This document shows, in pieces, positions 27,583 to 39,731 of a DNA stretch of 64,000 nt (position 1 is its first letter; each line of letters starts with the position of its first letter). The position numbers and the translations under genes are program-made. Under the pieces are notes generated by a model, which ran no database searches, was not told the DNA's origin, and was given only the letters and a program-made list of their open reading frames with translations. This DNA comes from Mobula hypostoma (Eukaryota), in contig NC_086109.1 in assembly GCF_963921235.1 (NCBI RefSeq), positions 21,826,001 through 21,890,000 on the forward strand. Direction: 5' to 3'.

Positions 27583-27663
27583 TAGGGCTTCCCAACTTGG
27601 GATCCGCGGGCCCCTCGGTTAATGGTAGGGGTCTACGGCATAAAACAAGATTGGGAGCCCCTG
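27583..27663. mobile_element. About 80-bp hAT-type MITE
   Basis: Ends TAGGGCTTCCCAAC and ATTGGGAGCCCCTG resemble the hAT TIRs elsewhere in the window; TSD not clear. Confidence 0.55.
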
Positions 27664-28719
27664 ATATAGCGATGCACCTGGACCACAAGCATAAAGTCTC
27701 TGCCGGATATGACTCTATTTCTGCATGTAATGTGCATGTAATCCAGACTGATGGTATGGAGATGTTGCAGAACTGACAAAGGTGCCCCTTTTAGATGAAA
27801 TATTAAGCCCAACCCCAGATTATTTAACAAAAGACCCAGGGGTAGTTTCCCTGGCCTGTATTTATCCTTCATTCAGCATCACTTAAACCTCAGAGGAGCC
27901 AGTCCATAAGACATCGGAGCAGGATTGGGCCATTCGGCCCATCGAGACTGCTGTGCTATTCCATCAATGTAATTTATCACAATGCTCCTCCTGGAAGTTT
28001 GTTGTTGTTAAAAAAAAACAGATTGCAGTGTTTCCCATCTTACATATAGAGGAAAAAATACTTAGCTGAATGCAGCCAAAGGCTGAGATGGCGCAAGATG
28101 GGTCAAGGACCGAAAATCAACTTTGTTCACATGTATTAGGAATTTGCTGTGACATGTTGGTGTGACATGCAGCAAAAACAATAGCAGTCAACAATCAGAA
28201 AGAATAAAGAATTATATAAAAATAAATGTAGAGGTTTTAAGGACAGATATGGAACAAGATGTGCCTAATACCAGCATGTATTTACAATGTAAACAGCATT
28301 ATAAAAAGTGGTTTAAAGTGTTTGTAGAACAGTGCAGTGACTGAGGTAATATATAGAGGGGGTGGGGAGTGGGGGAACTAACTGGATGGCTGATCCAATT
28401 AACTGCCTGGAGGAAGAAACTTTTGAGATGGTGTGAAGTTCTTGCTTTAATAACACTATAGCGCTTTCTAGAAGGGGGCATTTGGTAAAGGTTGGGAGTG
28501 TCTACAATGATATTTCTGTGTCTTTGTCCCAGACACATACATATCGAGACTGCTACTAATGAGCTTTCTCTGCTGACCAGTCTGCTGTAGAATTGGTTTA
28601 TTATGAGAGGATGCTCATAAATAATGGCTGACGTTAACTAAATATCATTCTAGGTGTTATCCAAATGCAAGTATATTTTGCAGGTCAGCCCCTGTATCCT
28701 CCCCTTTTTGCACACTCAC

Positions 28720-28936
28720 CACCAGCGTACATCACCGCCAGCATTATAGAAGAGATCCAGGAAACCTGGCTGTCAGTGGAATTAAAGATCTCTTTGATTT
28801 CCTTGAAGAAGACCGTTATGGCTTTAGGAAAAGCGTAGGAGAAACCAATGGAGATAAAGGATCCGAACACCACGGCCCATCCCCATCCGCCATCTGGTGG
28901 GGTGTACTCCTGCGGTCCTCCAACTGCAGGAGGCAT
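28720..28936 (-). CDS. SLC16A1: Monocarboxylate transporter 1, first coding exon (217 coding nt; exon starts at 28970)
   Basis: [38 protein letters not shown]...[14 protein letters not shown]. Donor GTGAGT at 28719. A polypyrimidine tract and AG acceptor at 28972-28971 imply an upstream non-coding exon. Confidence 0.95.
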
Positions 28937-29164
28937 CCTTGGACTTCAGTTGATGCCGGAGCTGAGATTACTGAAATGAAAAAAAAACACACACACAGGC
29001 ATTAACAAAATAAATAACAGCACGGAAATAAGAATTCAAGTAATGAAGTATCATCTACTCATTGTGGTGGAGAATACCAATGACAAAGAATGGCATCTCA
29101 GATACCTTGCGCATGAATATTGCAGATGAGATGAATTGGTTCACTACTGCCACATTTTTAAAAA

Positions 29165-31025
29165 TGTATTCATTTGTGGGATGTGGGAGTCATCAGCTCA
29201 GCCAGCATTTATTGCCCATCCCTTTTTGCCCTTGAGAAGGTGGTGATGAGCTGCCTTGTGAACCGCTGCAGTCCCTGAGGTGTGGGTCAGGAAGGGAATT
29301 CTATGATTTTGACTCAGTGACAATGAAGGAATGGCAAAATGTTTCCAAAGTCAGGATGGTGAGTGACTTAGAGCGGGATTTCCAAGTGGTGGTGTTCCCA
29401 GGTAGCTGCTGTTCTCGTCCTTCTAGATCAGGGGTAGGCAACCTACGGCCCGCGGGCCAGATCTGGCCCACAAAGGTATTTTGACCGTCCCGCGAGCAAA
29501 TATTGGGATACTATGCCTATCCAGCTCGCAAGCGATTTTTCCTTATTCTGAGTGTTTCACGCAACCACACTAATGGACATGCATGGCGTCTTGTTACACT
29601 GGCCCCAGGTTCCATTTTGTTCCAAACCAAACACTGGCATATACAAATGACGGGAAGGCAGACTACCTTATTAATATGTATTAGATACTCTCCGCGGACG
29701 CGGAGAGATGGGATCGCTCAAATTTGTAAACAGAAACAGCGTCACTGTATTTTAACAAGAAATCCACGCTAAATATCCCGATATTTACATGTGCTACGAT
29801 ACTTGTTGAATAACTCGCATTTCGAAATAAAATTGAAGAAAAAAATTCCAATGGCGATGTATGCAAAACGCAGGAAGGTAGACACTGAGTGCCGAAATTT
29901 CGAAGTCACTTTGACACTAGATTACTTCTTCATTGAGCAACCTGGGAAATTAGTTTGTCTCATTTGCCTAGAAAATGTTGCTGTGAAAAAGGTGGCAAAT
30001 ATCAGGCGACATTACAAGACCCGCCATAGTGGAAATTTTAACAAGTTTACTGGGCAAGCAAGGAAGGATGAAGTTGAGAGAATGAAGGCTAGATTCGGAA
30101 AACAAATGTCATTTTTTGCCAAGAAACACGGTGAAAATAAGGGAAATACCCTTGCCAGCTACTAAGTCTCAAAGCGTACTGTCTTAAAAAGTGGACACCG
30201 CATCAGAAATTTTTCAAATGGAATTGATTGAGATGCAGTGTGACGACATATTGAGATCGAAATTTCATTCTGAAGATGTGTCAATGCTTGACTTCTATAG
30301 AAAATATATTCATCCAAGTGGGAAGTACCCTAACTTAGTGGACCATGCAAAATAGATGGCATCATTGTTTGGCAGCACTTATCTGTGTGAGCAATTATTT
30401 TCACCAAGAACCATTTGAGAACAAGATTGACTGATGCCCATCTGGATAATGTCTTGCTCTTGGCATCAACAAGTCTGACACCCAATATTGAGAAGCTTTC
30501 AAGCAACAAACAGCATGAAGTTTCACATTGATTTATTGACTGTTTGCATTAGAATTTTCGTTTTTATTATACTTAATTTACCACCATTCAATGCATCATG
30601 TTCATACGTTTTATGTTTAAAGATTCTTTGTGTCCTTTTAATATATTCAAAATATGCCTTGATTGAAATAAATTGCAACTAAACTAAGTTCCTTGATTAC
30701 TAATTGGCATCCTTGGTTAAGCACAAATGATTTTCTAGCATGCGTTATTCATTAATCTGAGGCAAAACATAACTAGATGTATTTAAATGGATAATTCCCA
30801 TATTTCAAGTTTTTATGGCATTTAGCTGGCCCACCGTCCGCTCATTAATACACGATCTGGCTCCCAGAGGCAAAAAGGTTGCCGACCCCTGTTCTAGATA
30901 GTAGTGGTTGTGGGTCTGGAAGGTGCTGCCTTAGGAACTTTGGTGTGTTTTTGCAGTGCATCTTGTAGATAGTACACACTGCTGCAACTGTTCGTTAATG
31001 ATGGAGGGATTGCATGCTTGTGGTC
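29165..31025 (-). mobile_element. Old LINE 3' relic split by the hAT insertion
   Basis: Sequence is continuous across the TTCTAGAT duplication; a diverged opposite-strand relative lies at about 22240-22510. Confidence 0.55.
29429..30891 (+). mobile_element. hAT transposon, SPIN/GTF2IRD2-like, internally deleted
   Basis: TIRs CAGGGGTAGGCAACCT / CAGGGGTCGGCAACCT (15/16); perfect TSD TTCTAGAT (29421-29428, 30892-30899). N-terminal KRRKVDTECRNF..CLIC..RRHYKTRH is joined to a C-terminal dimerisation remnant (SLFGSTYLCEQLFS); the catalytic core is absent. Confidence 0.93.
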
Positions 31026-31328
31026 TGTTCCCCACTCTCACCTCTTTCCTTTTCTCACCTATCACCTCCCCCTGGGTCCCCTCCTCCTTTCCTTGCTCCA
31101 ACAGTCCACTCTCCATCCAATCAGACTCTTCTCTCCAGCCCTTTACTTTTCCCACCCACCCAGCTTCACTTATCACCTTCTGGCTATCTTCCTTCCACTA
31201 CGCCCCCCCCCCATCCTTTTTTATTCTGGCGTCTTCCCCTTCCTTTTCAGTCCCAAAGAAGGGACTTAGCCCCATACGTCGACTGTTTATTCATTTCCAT
31301 AGATGCGGCCTGACCAGTTGAGTTCCTC

Positions 31329-33038
31329 CAGACCTAATCTGTTCCCCTCTACCACCACTCTACTCTGTCTAGCGGAATTAGTCCTTACTCTTAATAACTT
31401 CTCCTTTGGCTCCTCCCACTTCCTCCAAACTAAAGGTGTAGCTATGGGCACCCGCATGGGTCCTAGCTATGCCTGCCTTTTTCTTGGCTTTGTGGAACAA
31501 TCTATGTTCCGAACCTGTTCTGGTATCTGTCCCCCACTTTTCCTTCGCTACATCGACGACTGCATTGGCGCTGCTTCCTGCACGCATGCTGAGCCCATTG
31601 ACTTTATCAACTTTGCCTCCAACTTTCACCCTGCCCTCAAGTTTACCTGGTCCATTTCCGACACCTCCCTCCCCTTTCTAGATCATTGTCTCTATCTCTG
31701 GAGACAGCTTATCCACTGATGTCTACTATAAGCCTACTGACTCTCACAGCTATCTGGACTACTCCTCTTCTCACCCTGTCTCTTGCAAAAATGCCATCCC
31801 CTACTTGCAATTCCTCCGTCTCCACCGCATCTGCTCTCAGGATGAGGCTTTTCATTCCAGGACAAGGGAGATGTCCTCCTTTTTTAAAGAAAGGGGCTTC
31901 CCTTCCTCCACCATCAACTCTGCTCTCAAACGCATCTCCCCCATTTCACACACATCTGCTCTCACTCCATCCTCCCGCCACCCCACTAGGAATAGGGTTC
32001 CCCTGGTCCTCACCTACCACCCCACCAGCCTCCGGGTCCAACATATTATTCTCCATAACTTCCGCCACCTCCAACAGGATCCCACCACTAAGCACATCTT
32101 TCCCTCCCCATCTCTCTCTGCTTTCCGCAGGGATGGCTCCCTACGCGACTCCCTTGTCCATTCGTCCCCCCCATCCCTCCCCACTGATCTCCCTCCTGGC
32201 ACTTATCCTCGTAATCGGAACAAGTACTACACATGCCCTTACACTTCCTCCCTTACCACCATTCAGGGCCCCAGACAGTCCTTCCAGGTGAGGCGACACT
32301 TCACCTGTGAGTCGGCTGGGGTGATACACTGCGTCCAGTGCTCCTGATGTGGCCTTCTATATATTGGCGAGACCCGACGCAGACTGGGAGACCGTTTTGC
32401 TGAACACCTACGCTCTGTCCGCCAGAGAAAGCAGGATCTCCCAGTGGCCACACATTTTAATTCCACATCCCATTCCCATTCTGACATGTCTATTCACGGC
32501 CTCCTCTACTGTAAAGATGAAGCCACACTCAGGTTGTAGGAACAACGCCTTATATTCCATCTGGATAGCCTCCAACCTGATGGCATGAACATTAACTTCT
32601 CCAACTTCCGCTAATGCCCCACCTCCCCCTCGTACCCCATCCGTTATTTATTTTTATACACACGTTCTTTCGCTCACTTTCCTTTTTCTCCCTCTGTCCC
32701 TATGACTATACCCCTTGCCCATCCTCTGGGTTCCCCCCCCTTTTCCTACTCCCCGGACCTCTTGTCCTATGATCCTCTCATATCCCCTTTGCCAATCACC
32801 TGTCCAGCTCTTGGCTCCATCCCTCCCCCTCCTGTCTCCTCCTATCATTTTGGATCTCCCCCTCCCCCTCCCACTTTCAAATCTCTTACTAACTCTTCCT
32901 TCAGCTAGTCCTGACGAAGGGTCTCGGCCTGAAACGTCGACTGTACCTCTTCCTAGAGATGCTGCCTGGCCTGCTGCGTTCACCAGCAACTTTGATGCGT
33001 GTTGCTTGAATTTCCAGCATCTGCAGAATTCCTCTTGT
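31329..33038 (+). mobile_element. Penelope-like element, 5'-truncated, frameshifted
   Basis: RT motifs QTKGVAMGTRMGPSYA and RYIDD; GIY-YIG region with stops; 3' tail with hammerhead motif. Confidence 0.93.
32907..32943 (+). ncRNA. Minimal hammerhead ribozyme motif
   Basis: agtc-CTGACGA-agggtctcggcct-GAAAC-GTC-gact: stem I agtc/gact, stem II agg/cct, palindromic ACGT in place of stem III. Confidence 0.75.
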
Positions 33039-34094
33039 TAGCATTTAGTTTGTGTTGCTTTGGATTTCCAGTATCTGCAGAATTCCTTGTGTATGACTTG
33101 GCTACCATTCATACAGATCAATTCATTCCAGCAGTGCATTGAGGTAGCACAAGATAAAACAATACAGAATGTAGAACAAAGTGTTGGTTACAGAGGAAGT
33201 GTAGTGCAGGTAGACAATAAGTTGCAAGGTACAGAGTAAACTGTAAGATTAAGAGTCTATCTTATTGTACCAGGGAACCATTCAACAGTCATAACAGTGG
33301 GTTAGAAGGCTTTTATCTTTTCTGTCCATTAGGAGGGGGTACGCTGTCTGGGATAGGTGGGGTCTTTGACAGTGCTGGGTGATTTACTGGGGCAGCGAGA
33401 AGTCCATGGAGGGGAAACTGGTTTCCTTGATTTTCTGAACTGTATCCACAACTTTCTACATTTTCTTGCAGTCACGGGCAACACGGTTGGCATAACAATC
33501 TGCGACATATCTGAATAGGATGCTTTCTGTGGAGCATTGATCAAAATTGGAGAGGGTCGAAGGGATGTGCCAAATTTCTTGACCCACCTGAGGAAGTAGA
33601 GGCACTGGTGATCTTCCTTAGCTGTGGTTCAATGTGGTTGGACAGGTTCGAGGTGTTGGTGATATGCACTCTTGGTAACCTAGAGCTCTCAACCTTCTCA
33701 ACCTCAGGTCTGTTAATGCAGACAAGAAAACGGAAGCATCCCTACCTTCCAGCCTGAAGTCAACAACCAACAGTTTTGTTTTGCTGACATTAAGGATGAG
33801 GCTGTTTTCATGACACACGTCACCAGGCTCTTTTTTTCTCTCCTGTACTCTGATTGATCATGATTTGAGATAAGGCTCCCTATGGTGACATCACCCACAA
33901 TTTTATAGGTGGAGTTAAGAGCAGGATCCAGCAATGCAGCCATGAGTTTATAGGGAGTGTACTTGAGAGCACAGCTCTGTGGGGTCCCAATGTTTCACTT
34001 TATGCAGTATTTTCATTAACTTGTCTTCATTACATATGTCACATCGTCTGGGAAACTCCCAAAAACCTTGTGGAATTTTCCATTTGTGACGTCA

Positions 34095-34480
34095 TGGGTG
34101 TGTGGGGTGTCTAGGGAGTGGTAGCACCTCTGGTGGGGGGGCCTGTCGTGCGCTTTTTCAGGGCAGCTCGTCCACTTCTGGTCCTCACCTGATGCTCAGC
34201 TCTCACCTGTGGCTCCAAGTAGCTGTAGCACGCGCAGCGGCCACACCCCAGTAAACCGTCTCGGCAGACGGGCCAAACCAGGTGAAGGTAGCCGATGGGT
34301 CTTTGACCCTCGGTGAGGTAGGGGATCTGCCTGTCCCAGCGTGTGAAGTCTGGCCCTGGCACATTGAGTGGAGGAGACTGACAAATGATCCAACGGTCAA
34401 GAAGGCAGGCCACAGGCGTTTGTGGAGCGCTAAGATCACAACAAGGCACTTAGTCATCCTGGTCATCCACTGCAAGAGGT
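34095..34480 (+). mobile_element. Non-autonomous retroelement 5' part (related to 48191-48744) with HDV-like fold
   Basis: Collinear similarity to 48191-48560 (e.g. CTCAGCTCTCACCTGTGGCTCC, TCCAACGGTCAAGAAGGC, TCCTGGTCATCCACTGC). Confidence 0.75.
34104..34285 (+). ncRNA. Candidate HDV-like ribozyme
   Basis: P1 GGGGTGT/ACACCCC, P2 TCACCTG/CAGGTGA, P3 GGC/GCC, L3 starting TCC, P4 CCGTCT/AGACGG, J4/2 GCCAA; the P1.1 GG is decayed. Confidence 0.55.
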
Positions 34481-36004
34481 GGTGATCTCTTTAAACTCTC
34501 CCAGCAGAAGACAAAGGCTTACAGCAGTACATGATTTTCCAATATGTCAGAGCGGTGTGGAGGGAAATCCTCCGCCAACTGGAAATTCCAGTTGCAACCT
34601 AACGACAACGACGTCATGTCAGTGCTCGAAAAATTTTTGTTTTTGGATTTTGGATTTTCGCATAAGGGGAACTCTACCTGTCCGTTGCAATTTGACTGAC
34701 TGCATCACCATCAGGAATCGGAGGTGGAGGTGGATAGTACGCCCTCCCCACTATTGAGCACAGTTATAAGGAGGGCTGCCACAGAGAAGCAGGATCCATC
34801 ATTAAGGACCCGCACCCATCCAAGGCTATACTCTCTTCTCGTTACTGCCATCGAGAGGGAGGCACAGGAGCCTCAGGTTCCACATCACCAGGTTCAGGAA
34901 CAGTTATTACCTTTCAACCATCAGGCTATTGAACCAGCATGGACAACTTCACTCACCTCAACAGTGAACAGATTCCACAACCAACGAACACACTTTCAAG
35001 GTCTTTGCAGCTTATGTTATCTATATTATTCATTTTTGTATTTGCACAGTTTGTCATCTTTTGCAAACTGTTTGTTTGCCTGCATGTTGTTTTTCATTGA
35101 TTCTATTTCTTTGTATCTACTGAGAAGGCCCACAAGAAAATGTATATGGTAGTATATGGTGACATACGTACTTTGATAATAAATTTACTTTGAACCATAA
35201 AGAACAGTCTCTGCACCGCATAACTGACAAAATCTAGTTTCATGCCTCAGCTCTGATCAAAATGATGCTAGTGTGGCTGAGGCCAATTTCACAGCACCCA
35301 GATCCAACATTCTGTTGTATCATTTGAGTTATCTTTATCGAGAAAACAAATATTGAATCATTTCCCAAAGCTTAAGGACAAAACTCTCACAAATATTTAC
35401 AGTTCATTTTGAACAAGAGGAATGCTGAGCTCCTCATTCCAGCTGATTCTCCTCACTTTGGTAGATAAATAATAGCCAGCGTAACAGGCTCCACCATTTA
35501 AATGTTGAAACATAAGACAAGGGCAATGCATTCATAGGCATGTGTCAAGTACACAACCTTTGATCACAGGCTTCAAACAATGAGATCCAGGGCTCAACGA
35601 AGGTTTCTGGACAAGAGGAGGGGCTTATCAAGGTGTGTAGAACTAAATTCAAATACTTTGCCACTAACACTAACACCACATTGTGTTTATATAACACAGG
35701 GATCCCCAAGCTTTTTTGCACCGCGGACCAGTTTAATATTGACAATATTCTTGCAGACCAGCCGACCCGGGGGGTGCGGGGGGGAGGTGTTAATCAGGAC
35801 CCGAATATAAGTGATAAGTCAACTATAAGACTAATAAACTCAATTTTGTTTCTAAAAGGGTTTATCTAACGAATTTAATATTAAACACACAGCGCATATT
35901 TTCCTCGCATGAATATAGTGATAAGTCAATTATAAGTCATAAGGAACACACATCAAAGTTGCTGGTGAACGCAGCAGGCCAGGCAGCATCTGTAGGAAGA
36001 GGTG

Positions 36005-36041
36005 CAGTCGACGTTTCAGGCCGAGACCCTTCGTCAGGACT
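36005..36041 (-). ncRNA. Minimal hammerhead ribozyme motif (sense to SLC16A1)
   Basis: Reverse complement agtcCTGACGAagggtctcggcctGAAACGTCgactg, intact. Confidence 0.75.
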
Positions 36042-36333
36042 AACTGAAGGAAGAGTGAGTAAGGGATTTGAAAGTTGGAGGGGAAGGGGGAGATCCAAAA
36101 TGATAGGAGAAGACAGGAGGGGGAGGGATAGAGCCAAGAGCTGGACAGGTGATAGGCAAAAGGGGATACGAGAGGATCATGGGACAGGAGGTCCGGGAAG
36201 AAAGACAAGGGGGGGTACCCAGAGGATGGGCAAGGGGTATAGTCAGAGCGACAGAGGGAGAAAAAAGAGAGTGAGAGAAAGAATGTGTGCATAAAAATAA
36301 GTAACAGATGGGGTGCGAGGGGGAGGTGGGGCC

Positions 36334-38371
36334 TTAGCGGAAGTTAGAGAAGTCGATGTTCATGCCATCAGGTTGGAGGCTACCCAGACGGAATATAAGG
36401 TGTTGTTCCTCCAACCTGAGTGTGGCTTCATCTCTACAGTAGAGGAGGCCGTGGATAGACATGTCAGAATGGGAATGGGATGTGGAATTAAAATGTGTGG
36501 CCACTGGGAGATCCTGCTTTCTCTGGCGGACAGAGCGTAGGTGTTCAGCAAAGCGGTCTCCCAGTCTGCGTCGGGTCTCACCAATATATAAAAGGCCACA
36601 TCGGGAGCACCGGACGCAGTATATCACCCCAGTCGACTCACAGGTGAAGTGTTGCCTCACCTGGAAGGACTGTTTGGGGCCCTGAATGGTGGTAAGGGAG
36701 GAAGTGTAAGGGCATGTGTAGCACTTGTTCCGCTTACACGGATAAGTGCCAGGAGGGAGATCAGTGGGGAGGGATGGGGGGGACGAATGGACGAGGGAGT
36801 TGTGTAGGGAGCGATCCCTGCGGAATGCAGGGGGGCGGAGGGAAAGATGTGCTTAGTGGTGGGATCCCATTGGAGGTGGCAGAAGTTACGGAGAATAATA
36901 TGTTGGACCCAGAGGCTGGTGGGGTGGTAGGTGAGGACCAGGGGAACCCTATTCCTAGGGGGGTGGTGGGAGGATGGAGTGAGAGCAGATGTACGTGAAA
37001 TGGGGGAGATGCGTTTAGGAGCAGAGTTGATAGTGGAGGAAGGGAAGCCCCTTTCTTTAAAAAAGGAAGACATCTCCCTCGTCCTAGAATGAAAAGCCTC
37101 ATCCTGAGAGCAGATGTGGCGGAGACGGAGGAATTGCGAGAAGGGGATGGCGTTTTTGCAAGAGACAGGGTGAGAAGAGGAATAGTCCAGATAGCTGTGA
37201 GAGTCAGTAGGCTTATAGTAGACATCAGTGGATAAGCTGTCTCCAGAGACAAAGACAGAAAGATCTAGAAAGGGGAGGAAGGTGTCGGAAATGGACCAGG
37301 TAAACTTGAGGGCAGGGTGAAAGTTGGAGGCAAAGTTAATAAAGTCAACGAGTTCTGCATGCGTGCAGGAAGCAGCGCCAATGCAGTCGTCGAGGTAGCG
37401 AAGGAAAAGTGGGGGACAGATACCAGAATAGGCACGGAACATAGATTGTTCCACAAACCCAACAAAAAGGCAGGCATAGCTATGACCCATACGGGTGCCC
37501 ATAGCTACACCTTTAGTTTGGAGGAAGTAGGAGGAGCCAAAGGAGAAATTATTAAGAGTAAGGACTAATTCCGCTAGACGGAGCAAAGTGGTGGTAGAGG
37601 GGAGCTGATTAGGTCTGGAATCCAAAAAGAAGCGTAGAGCTTTGAGACCTTCCTGATGGGGGATGGAAGTATATAAGGACTGGACATCCATGGTGAAAAT
37701 AAAGCAGTGGGGGCCAGGGAACTTAAAATCATTGAAAAGTTTAAGAGCGTGAGAGGCGTCACAAACATAGGTCGGAAAGGATTGAACAAGGGGTGATAAA
37801 ACAGTGTCGAGGTATGCAGAAACAAGTTCGGTGGGGCAGGAGCAAGCTGAGACAATAGGTCGGCCAGGACAGGCAGGTTTGTGGATCTTGGGTAGGAGGT
37901 AGAAACGGGAAGTGCGGGGTGTGGGAACTATAAGGTTGGTAGCAGTGGATGGGAGATCCCCTGAGCGGATAAAGTCGGTGATGGTGTGGGAGACAATGGC
38001 CTGGTGCTCCTTAGTGGGGTCACGATCGAGGGGTAAATAAGAGGAGGTATCCACGAGTTGTCGCTGTGCCTCGGCAAGGTAGAGGTCAGTACGCCAGACT
38101 ACAACAGCACCCCCCTTATCGGCGGGTTTAATAATAAGGTTAGGATTAGTGCGGAGGGAGTGGAGAGCAGAGCGTTCCAACGGAGTGAGGTTGGAATGGG
38201 GACAAGGTGCGGTAAAGTCGAGACGATTGATGTCCCGTCGGCAATTAGCGATAAAGAGATCCAGAGCAGGCAGAAGACCAGAGCGGGGTGTCCATGAAGA
38301 AGAGGAGGGTTGAAGACGGGAGAAGGGGTCATCAGTGGGGGTGGAAGAGTCCTTGCCGAAGAAGTAGGCAC
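36334..38371 (-). pseudogene. Penelope RT/GIY-YIG ORF, 5'-truncated, one frameshift near 36830
   Basis: ORF 36657-38417 (IKPADKG, YLLPKIHK, GRPIVS, MDVQSLYTSI, GVAMG, RYLDD) and ORF 36334-36660 (VIYCVRCSRCGLLYIGET). Confidence 0.9.
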
Positions 38372-39401
38372 ACATGCAGAACTCGTTGACTTTAATAACT
38401 TTGCCTCCAACTTTCACCCTGCCCTCAAGTTTACCTGGTCCATTTCCGACACCTCCCTCCCCTTTCTAGATCTTTCTGTCTCTGTCTCTGGAGACAGCTT
38501 ATCCACTGATGTCTACTATAAGCCTACTGACTCTCACAGCTATCTGGACTATTCCTCTTCTCACCCTGTCTCTTGCAAAAATGCCATCCCCTTCTCGCAA
38601 TTCCTCCGTCTCCGCCACATCTGCTCTCAGGATGAGGCTTTTCATTCTAGGACGAGGGAGATGTCTTCCTTTTTTAAAGAAAGGGCCTTCACTTCCTCCA
38701 CTATCAACTCTGCTCTTAAACGCATCTCCCCCATTTCACGTACATCTGCTCTCACTCCATCCTCCCGCCACCCCACTAGGAATAGGGTTCCCCTGGTCCT
38801 CACCTACCACCCCACCAGCCTCCGGGTCCAACATATTATTCTCCGTAACTTCCGCCACCTCCAACGGGATCCCACCACTAAGCACATCTTTCCCTCCCCC
38901 CCCTCTGCATTCCGCAGGGATCGCTCCCTACACAACTCCCTCGTCTATTCGTCCCCCCCATCCCTCCCCACTGATCTCCCTCCTGGCACTTATCCGTGTA
39001 AGCGGAACAAATGCTACACATGCCCTTACACTTCCTCCCTTACCACCATTCAGGGCCCCAAACAGTCCTTCCAGGTGAGGCAACACTTCACCTGTGAGTC
39101 GACTGGGGTGATATACTGCGTCCGGTGCTCCCGATGTGGCCTTTTATATATTGGTGAGACCCGACGCAGACTGGGAGACCGCTTTGCTGAACACCTACGC
39201 TCTGTCCGCCAGAGAAAGCAGGATCTCCCAGTGGCCACACATTTTAATTCCACATCCCATTCCCATTCTGACATGTCTATCTACGGCCTCCTCTACTGTA
39301 GAGATGAAGCCACACTCAGGTTGGAGGAACAACACCTTATATTCCGTCTGGGTAGCCTCCAACCTGATGGCATGAACATCAACTTCTCTAACTTCCGCTA
39401 A
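38368..39401 (+). pseudogene. Penelope RT C-terminus plus GIY-YIG endonuclease, open but 5'-truncated
   Basis: ORF 38310-39401: LPFLDL, VYYKPTD, VIYCVRCSRCGLLYIGET..RFAEH..GMN. Confidence 0.9.
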
Positions 39402-39694
39402 GGCCCCACCTCCCCCTCGCACCCCATCTGTTACTTATTTTTATGCACACATTCTTTCTCTCACTCTCTTTTTTCTCCTTCTGTCCCTCTGAATATACCT
39501 CTTGCCCATCCTCTGGGTCCCCCCCCCTTGTCTTTCTTCCCGGACCTCTTGTCCCATGATCCTCTCGTATCCCCTTTTGCCTATCACCTGTCCAGCTCTT
39601 GGCTCTATCCCTCCCCCACCTGTCTTCTCCTATCATTTTGGATCTCCCCCTTCCCCTCCAACTTTCAAATCCCTTACTCACTCTTCCTTCAGTT

Positions 39695-39731
39695 AGTCCT
39701 GACGAAGGGTCTCGGCCTGAAACGTCGACTG
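39695..39731 (+). ncRNA. Minimal hammerhead ribozyme motif
   Basis: agtcCTGACGAagggtctcggcctGAAACGTCgactg, intact. Confidence 0.75.
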
